64,000 nucleotides of DNA from a virus (IMGVR_UViG_2648501152_000001:1-64000); one strand, 5' to 3'; positions 32,298-43,453 are shown, counted from the stretch's first letter. Notes: generated by a model from the sequence alone, not told the origin. Translations and numbers: made by a program.

Positions 32298-32697
32298 CCG
32301 CTTTGACTGCGACGGAGGTTGTGTTGGGTGCACTCACCACCACCACCACGTCCTACGCCGACACCGCACACGACATCGTGGCCGCACTCGAAGCCGCCGG
32401 CTACATCCGAACCCTGGAGCACTAATGAAGCTTGGCGACCTCACATTGAAGGAACGCGACACTGTTCTCATCGCCGCATGCTTGGGCGCCGCAACGGCCG
32501 CCACGGTCACGTGGATTCTGGATGAGCTACGCATTCCTGTACCTGTCGAGTCGATTGTCGAGATTGCGGTGGGTGCCGTGGCGCAGACGCTCGACGATCT
32601 GGAGACGCGATGATTGACGCTTGCTTCTGGGCCGACATCATGTTCAGTTCCTCGACGCTTTCAACAACACTGAACAACACCAACAACTGAATACGGA

Positions 32698-33342
32698 GTG
32701 ATTGTGGAGACTGCGGAACGCCTACCCTTCGTCATCGACAAATTCCGGGACGCCGTGCACGCCCTGGTCGGCACACGCTCCGGTGTGATCGACACCGACA
32801 CCGGGCAGCGCCGCGTGGTAGGTGACAGTCTCTACCAAACCATGCGCGACTCAGTCGCAGGACTCGTGCGGGACACCACCGGTTCGAAAGGTTGGCGATC
32901 CACCCCGCCCCTGTGGCTCGACGCCGAACAATGGATCGACGATGTGGACCGCGAAGTCCGCACCTGGCACCACGACGGCACCGGCCCCGATCATGCCACC
33001 GTCAACCGCCTGCATGCCCTGGCGGAGCTGGGTTGGCGTCCGCAAGATGCCCAGTGGCTCAAGGATGCAACGCGATTCCTGTGGTCGTGGGTGGCGAAAG
33101 CCGACAACCTTCTCGACGGTGACACAAAACACCGCTTCGACCTCGTGAGCCCCTGCCCCTCGTGTGGGGTGGCGACGGTTCGCCGGCGGGATTCTGCGGG
33201 GGAGTGGGTGCGTCAGGCGGCGTTGCAGGTGGATTCGAATGGGTGCACGTGCGCGAACTGTGAAACCACGTGGGGTCCGTCGCATTTCGCCCTGTTGGCG
33301 TCCGCTCTGGGTTGCGAACTTCCCGAAGGAGTCCTCGAATGA
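32698..33342 (+). CDS. Conserved actinophage protein with C-terminal Zn ribbon (possible late regulator)
   Basis: STPPLWLDA, PCPSCG, CTCANCETTW. Confidence 0.7.
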   Translation: MIVETAERLPFVIDKFRDAVHALVGTRSGVIDTDTGQRRVVGDSLYQTMRDSVAGLVRDTTGSKGWRSTPPLWLDAEQWIDDVDREVRTWHHDGTGPDHATVNRLHALAELGWRPQDAQWLKDATRFLWSWVAKADNLLDGDTKHRFDLVSPCPSCGVATVRRRDSAGEWVRQAALQVDSNGCTCANCETTWGPSHFALLASALGCELPEGVLE

Positions 33343-33794
33343 CGGACGTGTTCATCGTCCACGGCAACGACTACGACGACCAGGAAGTGCGCGGAGTCTA
33401 TGCAACCTATCGCGATGCGCTCACCCACTTCAACGTGCCAGTGGCGTGCTCGTCGAGCCTCGTGTCGATCACCCAGTGGCGTCTCGGCGTCGGGGCAGTC
33501 GTGCGACCGACACTCCACGGGTTCCACGTGTATGCGACGCGCGTGAACGTTACGACTCCGTGGAACTTCCGCGTACAGGTCGGAAGCGCGGAGTTCGATG
33601 CCGAGGATGATCCGATCGCACATCGGGTGACGCCACGTTCGGTGCATGTGTGGGCGCTGGATAAGCAGGAGGCGGGCCGGTTGGCCTATGCGTTGATGAA
33701 GGCAGAGAACGACGCAGTCGAGGAGGCCGCAGCTGCGCGTAAGCGGGAAGCGGTGGCGCGTCGCGAGGCGGAGAACGCCCGCAAACGCCACTGA
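33339..33794 (+). CDS. Hypothetical protein
   Basis: ATGA overlap with upstream gene. Confidence 0.6.
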   Translation: MTDVFIVHGNDYDDQEVRGVYATYRDALTHFNVPVACSSSLVSITQWRLGVGAVVRPTLHGFHVYATRVNVTTPWNFRVQVGSAEFDAEDDPIAHRVTPRSVHVWALDKQEAGRLAYALMKAENDAVEEAAAARKREAVARREAENARKRH

Positions 33795-33896
33795 CCTGCA
33801 TGTTTGCATTGCCCTCGACGATCATGTCGGGGGCAATGTTGTGTCAACCAGCTTTCGGGGTTGTGTGTACCCACACCATCGCGTATGGTGAACACC

Positions 33897-34109
33897 ATGA
33901 ACACAACAAGCAACCACCACCCCCGCATCCACCGCTGGTTCGCCGCCTTCGTCATCGCAGCCTGGGCCACCAGCATCGCCTACATCGCGGATGCCACCGG
34001 CTACTTCATGCCCGTCATCCTCGCCGGCGTTCTCGCCACCGCCCCGTTCATTCTGTTGGCGGTCGCGATCCTGTTCCTCGCCGCGCACACACTCCCCACG
34101 GAGGACTGA
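33897..34109 (+). CDS. Small membrane protein
   Basis: Two hydrophobic helices; upstream GTGTACCCACAC and TATGGT. Confidence 0.55.
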   Translation: MNTTSNHHPRIHRWFAAFVIAAWATSIAYIADATGYFMPVILAGVLATAPFILLAVAILFLAAHTLPTED

Positions 34110-34761
34110 ACCATGTCGAAGCTGCTCACCACCCTGCCGTTCATCGCCCTCGAAACGTTGGATCAGGCATATTGCCTGCTGTTCGGGCACAACACCTTCC
34201 ACTTCCACGACGGGGATGGTGCCCCGTACCGGTACTGCAACAACTGCCACGGAACCTGGAACTAACATGAACCTGTATCGCGCGTTTCGTGGCCGTGTGT
34301 GGGTTTATCGCGGCTGGCGTTTCCACGGTGTGCGCCACAACCTGTTGCCGTGGATGAGTGGTGACGAGTACATGCGTCGCACGCTGGTGCTGCCGGTGGG
34401 GTTCGGAGCCGTGATCATCGCCTTGTGGCTGGACATCGACGAGTGGAACTTCGCGGATCGGACGTGGGCTCGCTGGTATCGGCTGCATCGCGCGGGAGTG
34501 AGGTTGAGCTACCGATGAGATTCCCGTGGTGGGTGCCGTTGCTGCTCACGCTTGGTCCGACGATTGCCCGCGAATGGTTCGACGACCTCAAACCCCAACG
34601 AAAGAAGCACCGATGACTCCCGACGCCCTCTACCTTGCTGCTGTTTTCGCCATTCTCGCGGTCGCGTGCATTGCTGTGGTGGTGGTGGAAACCCGCCGGC
34701 ACATCGCCGCGAAACGCCTCGAACGAGACCTGTACGACTACCTCAACCCTGTGGAGTACCG

Positions 34762-35364
34762 ATGACTACGACGACTGTTCCCGACATCCTCACCGGAACA
34801 CAGCTCTTTATGGAAGCCGCTCAGCAATTGCCTGGGCTCGGTTGGGGTGATCCCGCCACCCGCAACCTTCGCCGCGAACTGTTGGCGGAGGAAATCAACG
34901 AATACCTCGACGCCGACGACAACGATGATCTCGTGGAGGTGGTGGATGGGCTGCTGGACATTACGGTGGTTGCTCACGGCTCACGGTTGGCTTACGGCAG
35001 GGATGACACCACGTTCCTGATCGGTATCGCGCAGCGCCGCCAGTGGCACGACAGGGATGCGCGCCGGCGGTTCCGGTTGGCGATCGAACAGTCCGCGGAC
35101 GCCTATTTCGATGCGGAGGACCGGGGTCTGCTGGACGATGCGCTGATCCACCTGGCGAATCTGGTGCAGTATGCGGCGAACGCGCTGGATGGTTTGGTGG
35201 GGGAGGATGCGGCGCGAGCCTGTGCGGGCGAGGTGACACGCTCGAATCTGTCGAAGATCGTGGACGGTAAGGTGCTGCGCTCTGACACGGGGAAGATCCT
35301 CAAGCCTGCGGGTTTCACCAGGCCCGATATTGCTGGTGTGCTCACGGCGGCTGGTCTCGTCTAG
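34762..35364 (+). CDS. MazG-like nucleotide pyrophosphohydrolase
   Basis: LLAEEINEY......VEVVDGLLDI; EVTRSNLSK, GKILKP. Confidence 0.85.
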   Translation: MTTTTVPDILTGTQLFMEAAQQLPGLGWGDPATRNLRRELLAEEINEYLDADDNDDLVEVVDGLLDITVVAHGSRLAYGRDDTTFLIGIAQRRQWHDRDARRRFRLAIEQSADAYFDAEDRGLLDDALIHLANLVQYAANALDGLVGEDAARACAGEVTRSNLSKIVDGKVLRSDTGKILKPAGFTRPDIAGVLTAAGLV

Positions 35365-35426
35365 ATACCGACAGGTCGCATCTGTAGGGGGGAACTGGTT
35401 ACCGAATCCACACCTGATAGGTGATT

Positions 35427-36385
35427 GAGGTTTTCTCAGTGAGTTGATCTTGCTTGGGCGGTGTCAGGACCGGATCGCCAAGAGACGCAGAGCCCCTGGT
35501 AGGACTGGATTTGCGAAGATCAAGTCCACGAACCAGAGGCTCCACGTGATCACCTATTCTGCCACGCTCGACGTCCCTCGACCGCTCGCCCAGTACCTGT
35601 GTCGACTGTTGCAGGCCGACCGCCGCGCACGCGGTACCCGCAGGGGCCGCCGGGCCCTGACTGCGTTCGCCCAGGCGGTACTCGTGCTGCGCTGGTTCCG
35701 GCAGGACACCGCGCTCACCGCCCTGGCTCGCGACGCCGGCATCTCGATCGCTACCGGCTACCGGTACCTGCACGAAGGCATCGACGTGCTCGCCGCCCAG
35801 GCCCCGGACCTGCCCGACGTGCTGCGCGAGCGCCTCGCCGCCGGCGAGACCCACGTGATCCTCGACGGCACCCTCATCCCCAGCGACCGGGTCGCCGAGA
35901 CCACCCTCGGCAGCAGAGGCACCCCGATCCACCTGTGGTATTCCGGCAAACACCGCCGATTCGGCGCGAACATCCAGTTCGTGGCGACCGCGGACGGATT
36001 CCCGCTGTGGGTCTCCGACGCGCTGCCGGGCAGCACCCACGATCTGACCGCTGCCCGCACACACCGGGTCACCGGAGCCCTGTACGCCGCCGCGGCGCAG
36101 GGTCTGCTCACCCTCGCCGACCAGGGCTATCAGGGCACCGGCATCGGTATCCACATGCCCACGAAAGCCCCTGCCGACGGCAACACCCTCGACACCGACA
36201 CCGTCTGCCGCAACATGCTGCTGACCAGTCTGCGGTGCCTCGGCGAACGTGCCGCTGCGCTGCTCACCACGCGATGGAAGGCACTCGACAGGATCACCCT
36301 GTGCCCCAAAAGGATCGGTTCCATCACCAAAGCGGCGCTCGTACTCACGCAATTCGAGCACGCAGGCCGTTACTGAGAAAACCTC
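35427..36385 (+). mobile_element. IS5-family insertion sequence, 959 bp
   Basis: Perfect 14-bp TIR GAGGTTTTCTCAGT / ACTGAGAAAACCTC flanked by ATT direct repeats (35424-26, 36386-88). Confidence 0.92.
35546..36376 (+). CDS. DDE transposase (IS5 family)
   Basis: ILDGTLI, YSGKH, GSTHD, LADQGYQG, R.LGER. Confidence 0.92.
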   Translation: MITYSATLDVPRPLAQYLCRLLQADRRARGTRRGRRALTAFAQAVLVLRWFRQDTALTALARDAGISIATGYRYLHEGIDVLAAQAPDLPDVLRERLAAGETHVILDGTLIPSDRVAETTLGSRGTPIHLWYSGKHRRFGANIQFVATADGFPLWVSDALPGSTHDLTAARTHRVTGALYAAAAQGLLTLADQGYQGTGIGIHMPTKAPADGNTLDTDTVCRNMLLTSLRCLGERAAALLTTRWKALDRITLCPKRIGSITKAALVLTQFEHAGRY

Positions 36386-36391
36386 ATTGGT

Positions 36392-36664
36392 ATGCCTTTT
36401 CATCTTTCCGACGACGCTGTAGCCCTCATCCTTCGCTTTCTGCCCCGCAATCAGCACACCCAACGCTTGCTCGCAGCGTTGAACGCCTATCTGCATGGCT
36501 ACGAGTACGAAGTGCGGCATTTCCCCGACGAACACACCATGATTGTCGCCGTCTACCGCCGCGGACAGGTCATCACCTCCACCATCGTGCCTGATGATGC
36601 GCATGTACCGGAGGTGTTGGTGCAGCTCGGCTATCCGCGGGCACGGGATCGTAAGAAACGTTGA
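36392..36664 (+). CDS. Hypothetical protein (RBS displaced by IS)
   Basis: ATG 6 bp after IS end; empty-site reconstruction restores AGGTGA RBS. Confidence 0.6.
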   Translation: MPFHLSDDAVALILRFLPRNQHTQRLLAALNAYLHGYEYEVRHFPDEHTMIVAVYRRGQVITSTIVPDDAHVPEVLVQLGYPRARDRKKR

Positions 36665-37325
36665 CCACACCCGCATTGCGGGTACACTCAAACCCACACA
36701 CGAAAGGAACGGCGCATGAATCCACCTGACGGCAAATGGTGCGTTGCCGCAATCGGCGACGACCTGCGCCCCTGGACCGCCTTCAAATGGGGCGACCCCA
36801 CCGACCGCAGCGTGCAGGACTTCCGCACGTGGCGACAGGCCATGAACTACGCGAACCGTAAGGCCGCGTTCGAAAGCGCCATCAACAAGCTCATGTACGG
36901 CGTGTGCGGGACTCGCTGCAATCAATCGCACTGGGAGTTGCTCGCATGACCGCATCGAAGTGGCGTGTCCGTTCCTACCCCGGTTTCCGATTCCGCTGGC
37001 TCGCCTCGCACCCGCGTGAAGGCACGAAAGCGTTCCGTACTTGGGGTGAAGCCATGCTGTTTGCCATGACTGAAGCCGACAAAGCCCGCGATTTGGACAG
37101 GTTGCGCCGGCTCCACTTCCGCACGGTGATCCACAATGGGTGACCTCGTTCCGCTGTATCCGGACGGCCAACCCTACGACGGCCTAGTGTGCGCCAACTG
37201 CGGCAGCGCATGGTGGAACGCCCAAGTCGTCATGGACCGATCGGGACGCATCAACGGCTGGGGTCGGGTCGCGGACTGCGCCGAATGCCCGGAGGGCAAA
37301 GCAACCATCACAGGAGACGTACACA

Positions 37326-37943
37326 ATGACCGGTAACACCTGGATGACCTCCGACCTCCACCTCGGGCACCGATTCGTCGCCGAACTCCGCGGATTCGCC
37401 ACCGTGGACGAACACGACGCCGAAATCATCGGCAACCTCCACGCCTGCACCCGATCCGGCGACCAACTCTGGATACTCGGAGACATCTCCTCCGGCTCAT
37501 CCACCGGGGAACGCCACGCACTGAAACTACTCGACGAGTACGCGGCAGCCCGCGGTGTCGCCATGCACCTGATCACAGGAAACCACGACAGCGTTAACCC
37601 GTACCATCGGGACTCGCACAAGCACTTCCGCGCGTTCACGGATGTGTTCACCACGGTCCAGCCGTTCGCCCGACGCAAGGTTGCCGGCACCTATGTGTGG
37701 TTGTCGCACTTTCCGTGGTTCGGCGGCGGGGATCGTGGGGATGTGGAGCGGCACAGTGAAGCACGTTTGCACGATAACGGCCGCGATTTCCTGGTCCACG
37801 GGCATCTGCACGGGGCATATGGGCGTTGGACTGGTGAACGGTCGATTGATGTTGGACTGGAGAATACGGGGTTGCGCCCTCTCAATTGGTCGCATCTAGT
37901 CGAGATGATCAGCAAGAGAGCCGAGGAGTTGAGTAATGGATGA
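37326..37943 (+). CDS. Calcineurin-like metallophosphoesterase
   Basis: SDLHLGH, LGD, GNHD, HGHLH. Confidence 0.92.
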   Translation: MTGNTWMTSDLHLGHRFVAELRGFATVDEHDAEIIGNLHACTRSGDQLWILGDISSGSSTGERHALKLLDEYAAARGVAMHLITGNHDSVNPYHRDSHKHFRAFTDVFTTVQPFARRKVAGTYVWLSHFPWFGGGDRGDVERHSEARLHDNGRDFLVHGHLHGAYGRWTGERSIDVGLENTGLRPLNWSHLVEMISKRAEELSNG

Positions 37944-38319
37944 CACTTCCGAAGTGAAGCTGAGTTCTTCCATAGCTAGGGTGCACGAGCTTAGCCGGGC
38001 GATCACGCGACTTGAGCAAGAGCTGAGCGCCAAGGAACGAACCGTCAGCGAGCAGAAGTCGGCGAGCATTCTGGATGAGGCTGCGTCGATTGTTGCCGGC
38101 TCACGCGCCACCGAATACGGGGAAGGCGCAGAAAACAGCCTGCCCCGGATCGCCGCCTACTGGTCCACGTATCTCGGCAGGGAGTTGTCTGCGCGGGATG
38201 CTGCGAACATGATGGTGCTACTCAAGATGGCCCGCGAATCACACAAGCCCAAGAGGGACAACCACACGGACGCTATCGGCTACATGCTGCTGGCGGAACA
38301 GTGCGAGGACAAGCTATGA
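37936..38319 (+). CDS. DUF6378-like phage protein
   Basis: SILDEA..IV.G.R..EYG, IAAYWSTYLG, MVLLKMAR, DN..D.IGY. Confidence 0.75.
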   Translation: MDDTSEVKLSSSIARVHELSRAITRLEQELSAKERTVSEQKSASILDEAASIVAGSRATEYGEGAENSLPRIAAYWSTYLGRELSARDAANMMVLLKMARESHKPKRDNHTDAIGYMLLAEQCEDKL

Positions 38320-38491
38320 CCTCGGCTCGGCTGTCTCGCAGCATCATGCTCGCCAGCGCCACCACCACCCTCACCCTCGCCGATCTACGAGGCATCGTGG
38401 AGGAAACCTACGATTGGCCGATCGGCCCACACTTCACGGTGGAGCAGTTCGCGGACGGCTCGACCACCATCACCATCACCCAAGGAGACAA

Positions 38492-39211
38492 GTGACCACC
38501 ATTTCCGCCCGACTAATCGCATCTACGAAGATCGACCGGGCCGCGCTCGCTGAGATCGGCTACCGCGAACACGCGCACGAGCTTCCCGATGGGCGGTTCG
38601 ATCTGTTCGAAACCGACATCGACGAACTGCACGAGGCTGCCGGCAGAAACTGCTATTTGTCGTGGAGCCGCCCTAACCCGAACACTGCCACCAACGCGGG
38701 CTATCTGGACCATATTCACGAGGTTGGGCACGAGAGCATCGAGGAGCATGGTTCCGCGACGTTTTACATCCATGCTTCCCGTTCGGTTCTGGCGGAGTTG
38801 GAGCGGCATCGTCACCTGTCGTTCTCGGTCGTCTCCCAGCGGTACGTGGACGCTTCGAATCTTGGATATCATGTTCCGCCGGCGCTGAGCATCGGTGATG
38901 GTGGTGCGATCCTCGAGAGGGCTTGGGAGCAGTCCAAGGAAGCGTACCGACTGCTGGTTGACGAACTAACTGATGAGGGTTGGCCTCGTAAGCAGGCGCG
39001 TGAGGCTGCTCGCGCGGTGATGCCGAACATGACCGACAGTCCGATGGTGGTGACGGGGAATCTGCGGGCGTGGAAGCATGTGATTCGGATGCGGTGGCAT
39101 GTGGCGGCGGATGCGGAGATCCGTGAGCTTGCCGGGCTGATTCTCGCCGAGTTGCGGAAGATCGCGCCGAACACGATGCAGGATGTTCCTGACGTGCCGT
39201 TCGGGAGCTAG
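38492..39211 (+). CDS. thyX: Flavin-dependent thymidylate synthase
   Basis: GHESIEEH, ELERHRHLSFSVVSQRY, AREAARAVMPN, TGNLRAW. Confidence 0.95.
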   Translation: MTTISARLIASTKIDRAALAEIGYREHAHELPDGRFDLFETDIDELHEAAGRNCYLSWSRPNPNTATNAGYLDHIHEVGHESIEEHGSATFYIHASRSVLAELERHRHLSFSVVSQRYVDASNLGYHVPPALSIGDGGAILERAWEQSKEAYRLLVDELTDEGWPRKQAREAARAVMPNMTDSPMVVTGNLRAWKHVIRMRWHVAADAEIRELAGLILAELRKIAPNTMQDVPDVPFGS

Positions 39212-39483
39212 TCTTGTGGGCGAGGGCGGTGTGGCGGCCGGGTGACATCGCCCTCGAACCCTGCACGAGTCTGGCGGATGTGGTGTGGCGGTGCGGGCAG
39301 GCGGGCGGTGTGCCGTACGTGCGGTGTGAGGCACTACAGGCGTGGGTGAAGTTGGCGCCTGTCGCTACCGAGCTGGTGGTGGATCTCGACATCTACGACA
39401 ACTATCCGGTGCGGATACCGGATGCGCGCCGGCGTTGGGAGTAGCCACTGAACAGCGGGAATTGCCCGAACCCACATCAACAG

Positions 39484-39523
39484 TTGCGGTATGGACGCAT
39501 CCACTGTTACGGTGTACCCACAC
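39484..39523 (+). promoter_or_regulatory. Repeated promoter/operator
   Basis: TTGCGG-18-TACGGT overlapped by GTGTACCCACAC; precedes ORF 39544-39696. Confidence 0.75.
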
Positions 39524-40001
39524 AACAACAGAGAGGGTTCGAAATGATCGAGTACGCCACCACCGTCAGCCAGCGCCAACTCCTCGCCGAGATGAAGGCC
39601 CAGCACGACAAGCCCGCGAACCGGGTTGTGCGCGACGGCAAGACGATCTGCCGGGCATGCGGCTACGACTGGGACCGCTACACCCACGGCTGCTGAACAC
39701 CGAGCGATGGCCTCCAACCTCCTGGTTGGGGGCCATCGTCGTTTCCATGATCGACGAGGAGTTGACACGTGATCACCTACAGTGTCACCGAATGTGTGTG
39801 CGGCGAACGCTTCCACATGCGCATCAAGCAGGTGCCGTCGCCCGCGAACCCGGCGTTGGATACGCATATCGCGTTGGATTTCGCGGAGCATCGGGCGTGG
39901 ACGCTGGCGCATCGCGCGCATGCGGGGCCGCAGGGGATCAGGTGGGTTGATGTGCGGACCTGTCCGTCGTGACCATAGGTGGTTACTGTCCACGTGGGTG
40001 G

Positions 40002-40041
40002 TTGACATCTCGGGTTGGCGCCAGCTACGGTGTACCTACAC
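40002..40041 (+). promoter_or_regulatory. Repeated promoter/operator
   Basis: TTGACA-18-TACGGT + GTGTACCTACAC; precedes ORF 40062-40307. Confidence 0.8.
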
Positions 40042-40482
40042 AACGAGTTAAGGAGAACCCAATGACCACCTTCACCGCCACCCTCGCTCTCATCGCCTCC
40101 GTCGCCGCCCCCGCCAAGGGTGCCGCGCACACCGCCTACGTCGCGTTCGATCCCGCCGACGACTTCGCCCCTGCTTCGTGGACGTTCGCCTGCACTTGCG
40201 GCAAGGGCGGCGGTATCCGCGGCTCGGAGCGGGATGCTCGCCTGGCGGCTGCGGCGCACGGCTGCATGGGGCGCAAGTTCGTGGAGCGGGCGCAGCTCGC
40301 CAACTAGCCCACAGCAACGATGCCCCGGACTTCGGTTCGGGGCATCGTTGCGTTGCGGGGTTGGGTGTTGCGGGTGCCCGTATGGCCCGTGGGCGGCTCG
40401 CCGGTGCGGCGGCGGGGGATTGGGTGGGCGGCGCGTTCTCGGGCGTGTGTGGGCCTGTTGGTGGCCGCTCCGGCGTCGGGTG

Positions 40483-40521
40483 TTGACCGTGCCTGTATCG
40501 GGTGTTACTGTGTACCTACAC
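40483..40521 (+). promoter_or_regulatory. Repeated promoter/operator
   Basis: TTGACC-17-TACTGT + GTGTACCTACAC; precedes ORF 40542-40697. Confidence 0.8.
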
Positions 40522-40806
40522 AACGAACCGAGGAGCCGAAGATGAACCAGCTTGCCAGCCTCCGCATCGACCTGAAGATAGTCGACAGCGAGATCGCGAA
40601 CCCTCCCGCCTACGTCCGCGACATCAACGACCTGCACCGCGTGCGTAACTCGCTGCTGCGCCGTATCGCCCGCGAAGAAGCCAAGCTCGCCGCCTGAAAG
40701 GTTCCGTCATGACCCCGATCTACGACCTTCTCCTCGAACTCCTCGACATGCGCGGCCTCCTACACCCCGACAACCTCTAACCCGCGACGATCGGAAAGGC
40801 GACACC

Positions 40807-42243
40807 ATGAACACCTTCCAGCCCGTCCCTGACAACGCCCAGTTCTGCTGCGACTCCACCCGCGACCTCGCCAGCATCTACGACCAGCGGGAAGCCCTCA
40901 TGATCGACTGCGGCTGCCTGAACGGAGCTGGCACACACCGTCTCGACCGTGACGCGAACCCGCAAGGAATTTCGGTGCTCGCCATCGCCCGCGATTTGTC
41001 GATGGATCACGTCGACCGCGACTACACCGAACTCCGCGTCCACCTGATCGCGCTACGGCAGAACGACGGGCAGGATACGACGTTCGAGTGGGCGCAGGAG
41101 TTGAACCTGCGGGAGTGGATCAACACGCAGCGCACCATGTTTGCGGCTGCGTAATACGGCTACGACACACCTGGATAGGAAACGACATGAACGAACGAGA
41201 CGAACTCGCCGAAATACTCGAACTGCACGCGCAGCGCGACACCTGGACTGGGATAGCCGACGCGATCCTCGCCGCCGGCTACACCCGCCAACACGCCCAC
41301 GAATACGGCATGCTGGAACGCCACTACGCCGCTGTCGAAGCGGAACGCGACCAATTCCACGAGCTATACAACGATGTGGCTGAGGAAAACCGGCGTTTGC
41401 GGGCTGCACTGGCGGAGATTCGGGCGGTGGCGGAGCATGCGGACCGGCAGTGCGGTTCCATCGACCCCACGGATCTGATCGCAGCACTCACAAAGGACAA
41501 CGCATGAAACTGTTTCGAGGAGACCAGAGGGCTGCCAGAATGGCAGAGCTGGAGGCGGAGAACCGTGAGTTGCGCGCCAAGATCACCAGAGTCCGTGACG
41601 TTGCCGATGATCTCAAGTCTGTTGGCGACTTGGAGATGCCTGCGCGCGAGCCGGCCGCTCTCATCCGACGCGCATTGGACGGTGACCTGTGATCCACGGT
41701 GATGATGCCCTCGAAGCCCTGCGGGTGGCGAAACGGAAGCACACCCCAGAGGCTGCGCTACAGGCCCTCGAAGCCCAAGGTTGGATGCTGATTCCTGCCG
41801 CCCCGGTGGATCAGCAGCAGGATGGGTGGCGGCGGTTCGATGGGTTGGTGGACAACGTGTTCGCCAGCGACACCGGTGTGGTGGATGTGGGTTTGTATGA
41901 CGACATGACAGCATCGGAGGCGTGGTTGTTCGGGCGGGCGATTCTGTCCGCTGTGCGGGCCATTCAGGGTGGTGTGTGAGTGTGCCGGCACGCTTAGGAC
42001 TCGAGATTGCACCAGGATCGGCGCATAATGCGGGTAACGCATCCCACGGCACGCTTTGGAGGCATCATGCAGCACCGCGAATTGGCTAGATTCATCGCCG
42101 ACACGCTCCTGACAGATGAGACCGACCGCAACAACTATGTGGACGCCAAGCTGATCATGTCGACACACCTCGATGGCCGGTTTGATCTGTGCGCCCTCGC
42201 CCAAGCCATCCTCACCCGATACCAACCCAAGGACCCCGAATGA
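40807..42243 (+). other. Cluster of small hypothetical genes
   Basis: Coupled ORFs 40807-41154, about 41187-41507, 41504-41692, 41689-41979. Confidence 0.55.
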
Positions 42244-42404
42244 AAACCCCACTCCGCAACGTGCGTGTACCCGACGAACTCTGGGACGCCGCCCGGGAGC
42301 GCGCCGAAGCCGAGGGCCGGCACGTGTCCGATGTGGTGCGTGAAGCCCTCCGCAAGTACACGAAGCCGCCGAGAGGTGTGAGGATCACGCCGCCAGTGGC
42401 GTAA
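42240..42404 (+). CDS. Ribbon-helix-helix DNA-binding protein
   Basis: MKTPLRNVRVPDELWDAARERAEAEGRHVSDVVREALRKY. Confidence 0.85.
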   Translation: MKTPLRNVRVPDELWDAARERAEAEGRHVSDVVREALRKYTKPPRGVRITPPVA

Positions 42405-42481
42405 CGCCCGTCGTGTGTTGCCCCGGTTGCCTGTTGGTGGCCGGGGCTTCGCGCTGTCCGAGGTTAATTCTGCGGTAGGGG

Positions 42482-42521
42482 TTGCGGTGTACCCGCATCG
42501 ACTGTTACGGTGTACCTACAC
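42482..42521 (+). promoter_or_regulatory. Repeated promoter/operator
   Basis: TTGCGG-18-TACGGT + GTGTACCTACAC; precedes ORF 42545-42808. Confidence 0.8.
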
Positions 42522-42544
42522 ACCGAGAACGAAGGAGCCCCAAA

Positions 42545-42808
42545 ATGCAGACCATCACCATCGGCAAGAGCGAATACATCCTCACCATCGAAAACATGAC
42601 CAACTCCGACGGAGAGCCCTACGAATACATCAGCCTCACCGGCAAGCGCGGCGCCGAATACCACGTCACCGACCTGGACTGCCTCAAGAAGAACGGCCTG
42701 TACCGCGCCTACAGCTTCGGATCGTTCCGCGACATCATCAGCCCGAAGACCGGACGCCCCGCCATCCTGCACCGCGACGCAGACAACTTCTTCACCTGGG
42801 TCAAGTAA
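42545..42808 (+). CDS. Hypothetical protein
   Basis: AAGGAG RBS, strongly biased codons. Confidence 0.75.
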   Translation: MQTITIGKSEYILTIENMTNSDGEPYEYISLTGKRGAEYHVTDLDCLKKNGLYRAYSFGSFRDIISPKTGRPAILHRDADNFFTWVK

Positions 42809-43413
42809 CCCGCCCGGATTGCCCGCCAGCTTCCACAGTGGCGGGCAATCGCATCTCTACCGACAGGAGACACCATGAGCACCAACGACAACCCGCAGTG
42901 CGCCGAATGTGGCGCAACCGTGGACGCGGACGGAGACGCCATCTACGGGTGCGCGTGGAATCCGCCCGACGAATGCGGCACGTGCGGGGCTTGCTACTGC
43001 GACGGGAGCTGCTGATGACCGACACGGCCAACAATGCCGCATTCGGATTCGGCGAGGTCACCATCGCGCCGAAACGGTGGATGTACCTCGCCGCCGCAGA
43101 CCCCGACCGGGATGCTCTGGAGGCGCTGCGCGGGGTGATGGGGGCGTGGATCACGCAGCAGCGCTACATCATCGATGTCGATGCGCGCACGGGACGCCCG
43201 ATGCAGGCGCTCGCATACGCGATACACCAAGCACTCGGGTTCGATGACTTGGATGCGGCGCGAGCCGCGATTGTGGGGGCGGATGGGCATCCGGTGTGGC
43301 GGAAGTGTGCGCGCCGGCACATGTTGGTGGCTGCGGCGAATGGTGGCCGGTGGGAGTACGGCGACCCGGCGCCCGTGTACGAGTGGGTGGGGTGACGGAT
43401 TCTGCTCGAACAG

Positions 43414-43453
43414 TTGACGTGTACCCACACTTAGAGTTAAGGTGTAGATACAC
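43414..43453 (+). promoter_or_regulatory. Repeated promoter with two operators
   Basis: TTGACG-18-TAAGGT; GTGTACCCACAC and GTGTAGATACAC. Confidence 0.8.

Noticed and set aside
35399-37171. 590-aa minus-strand ORF and other long antisense ORFs (e.g. 9109-10257, 26540-27751)
   Set aside because: Shadow frames of high-GC plus-strand genes; this one crosses the IS boundaries
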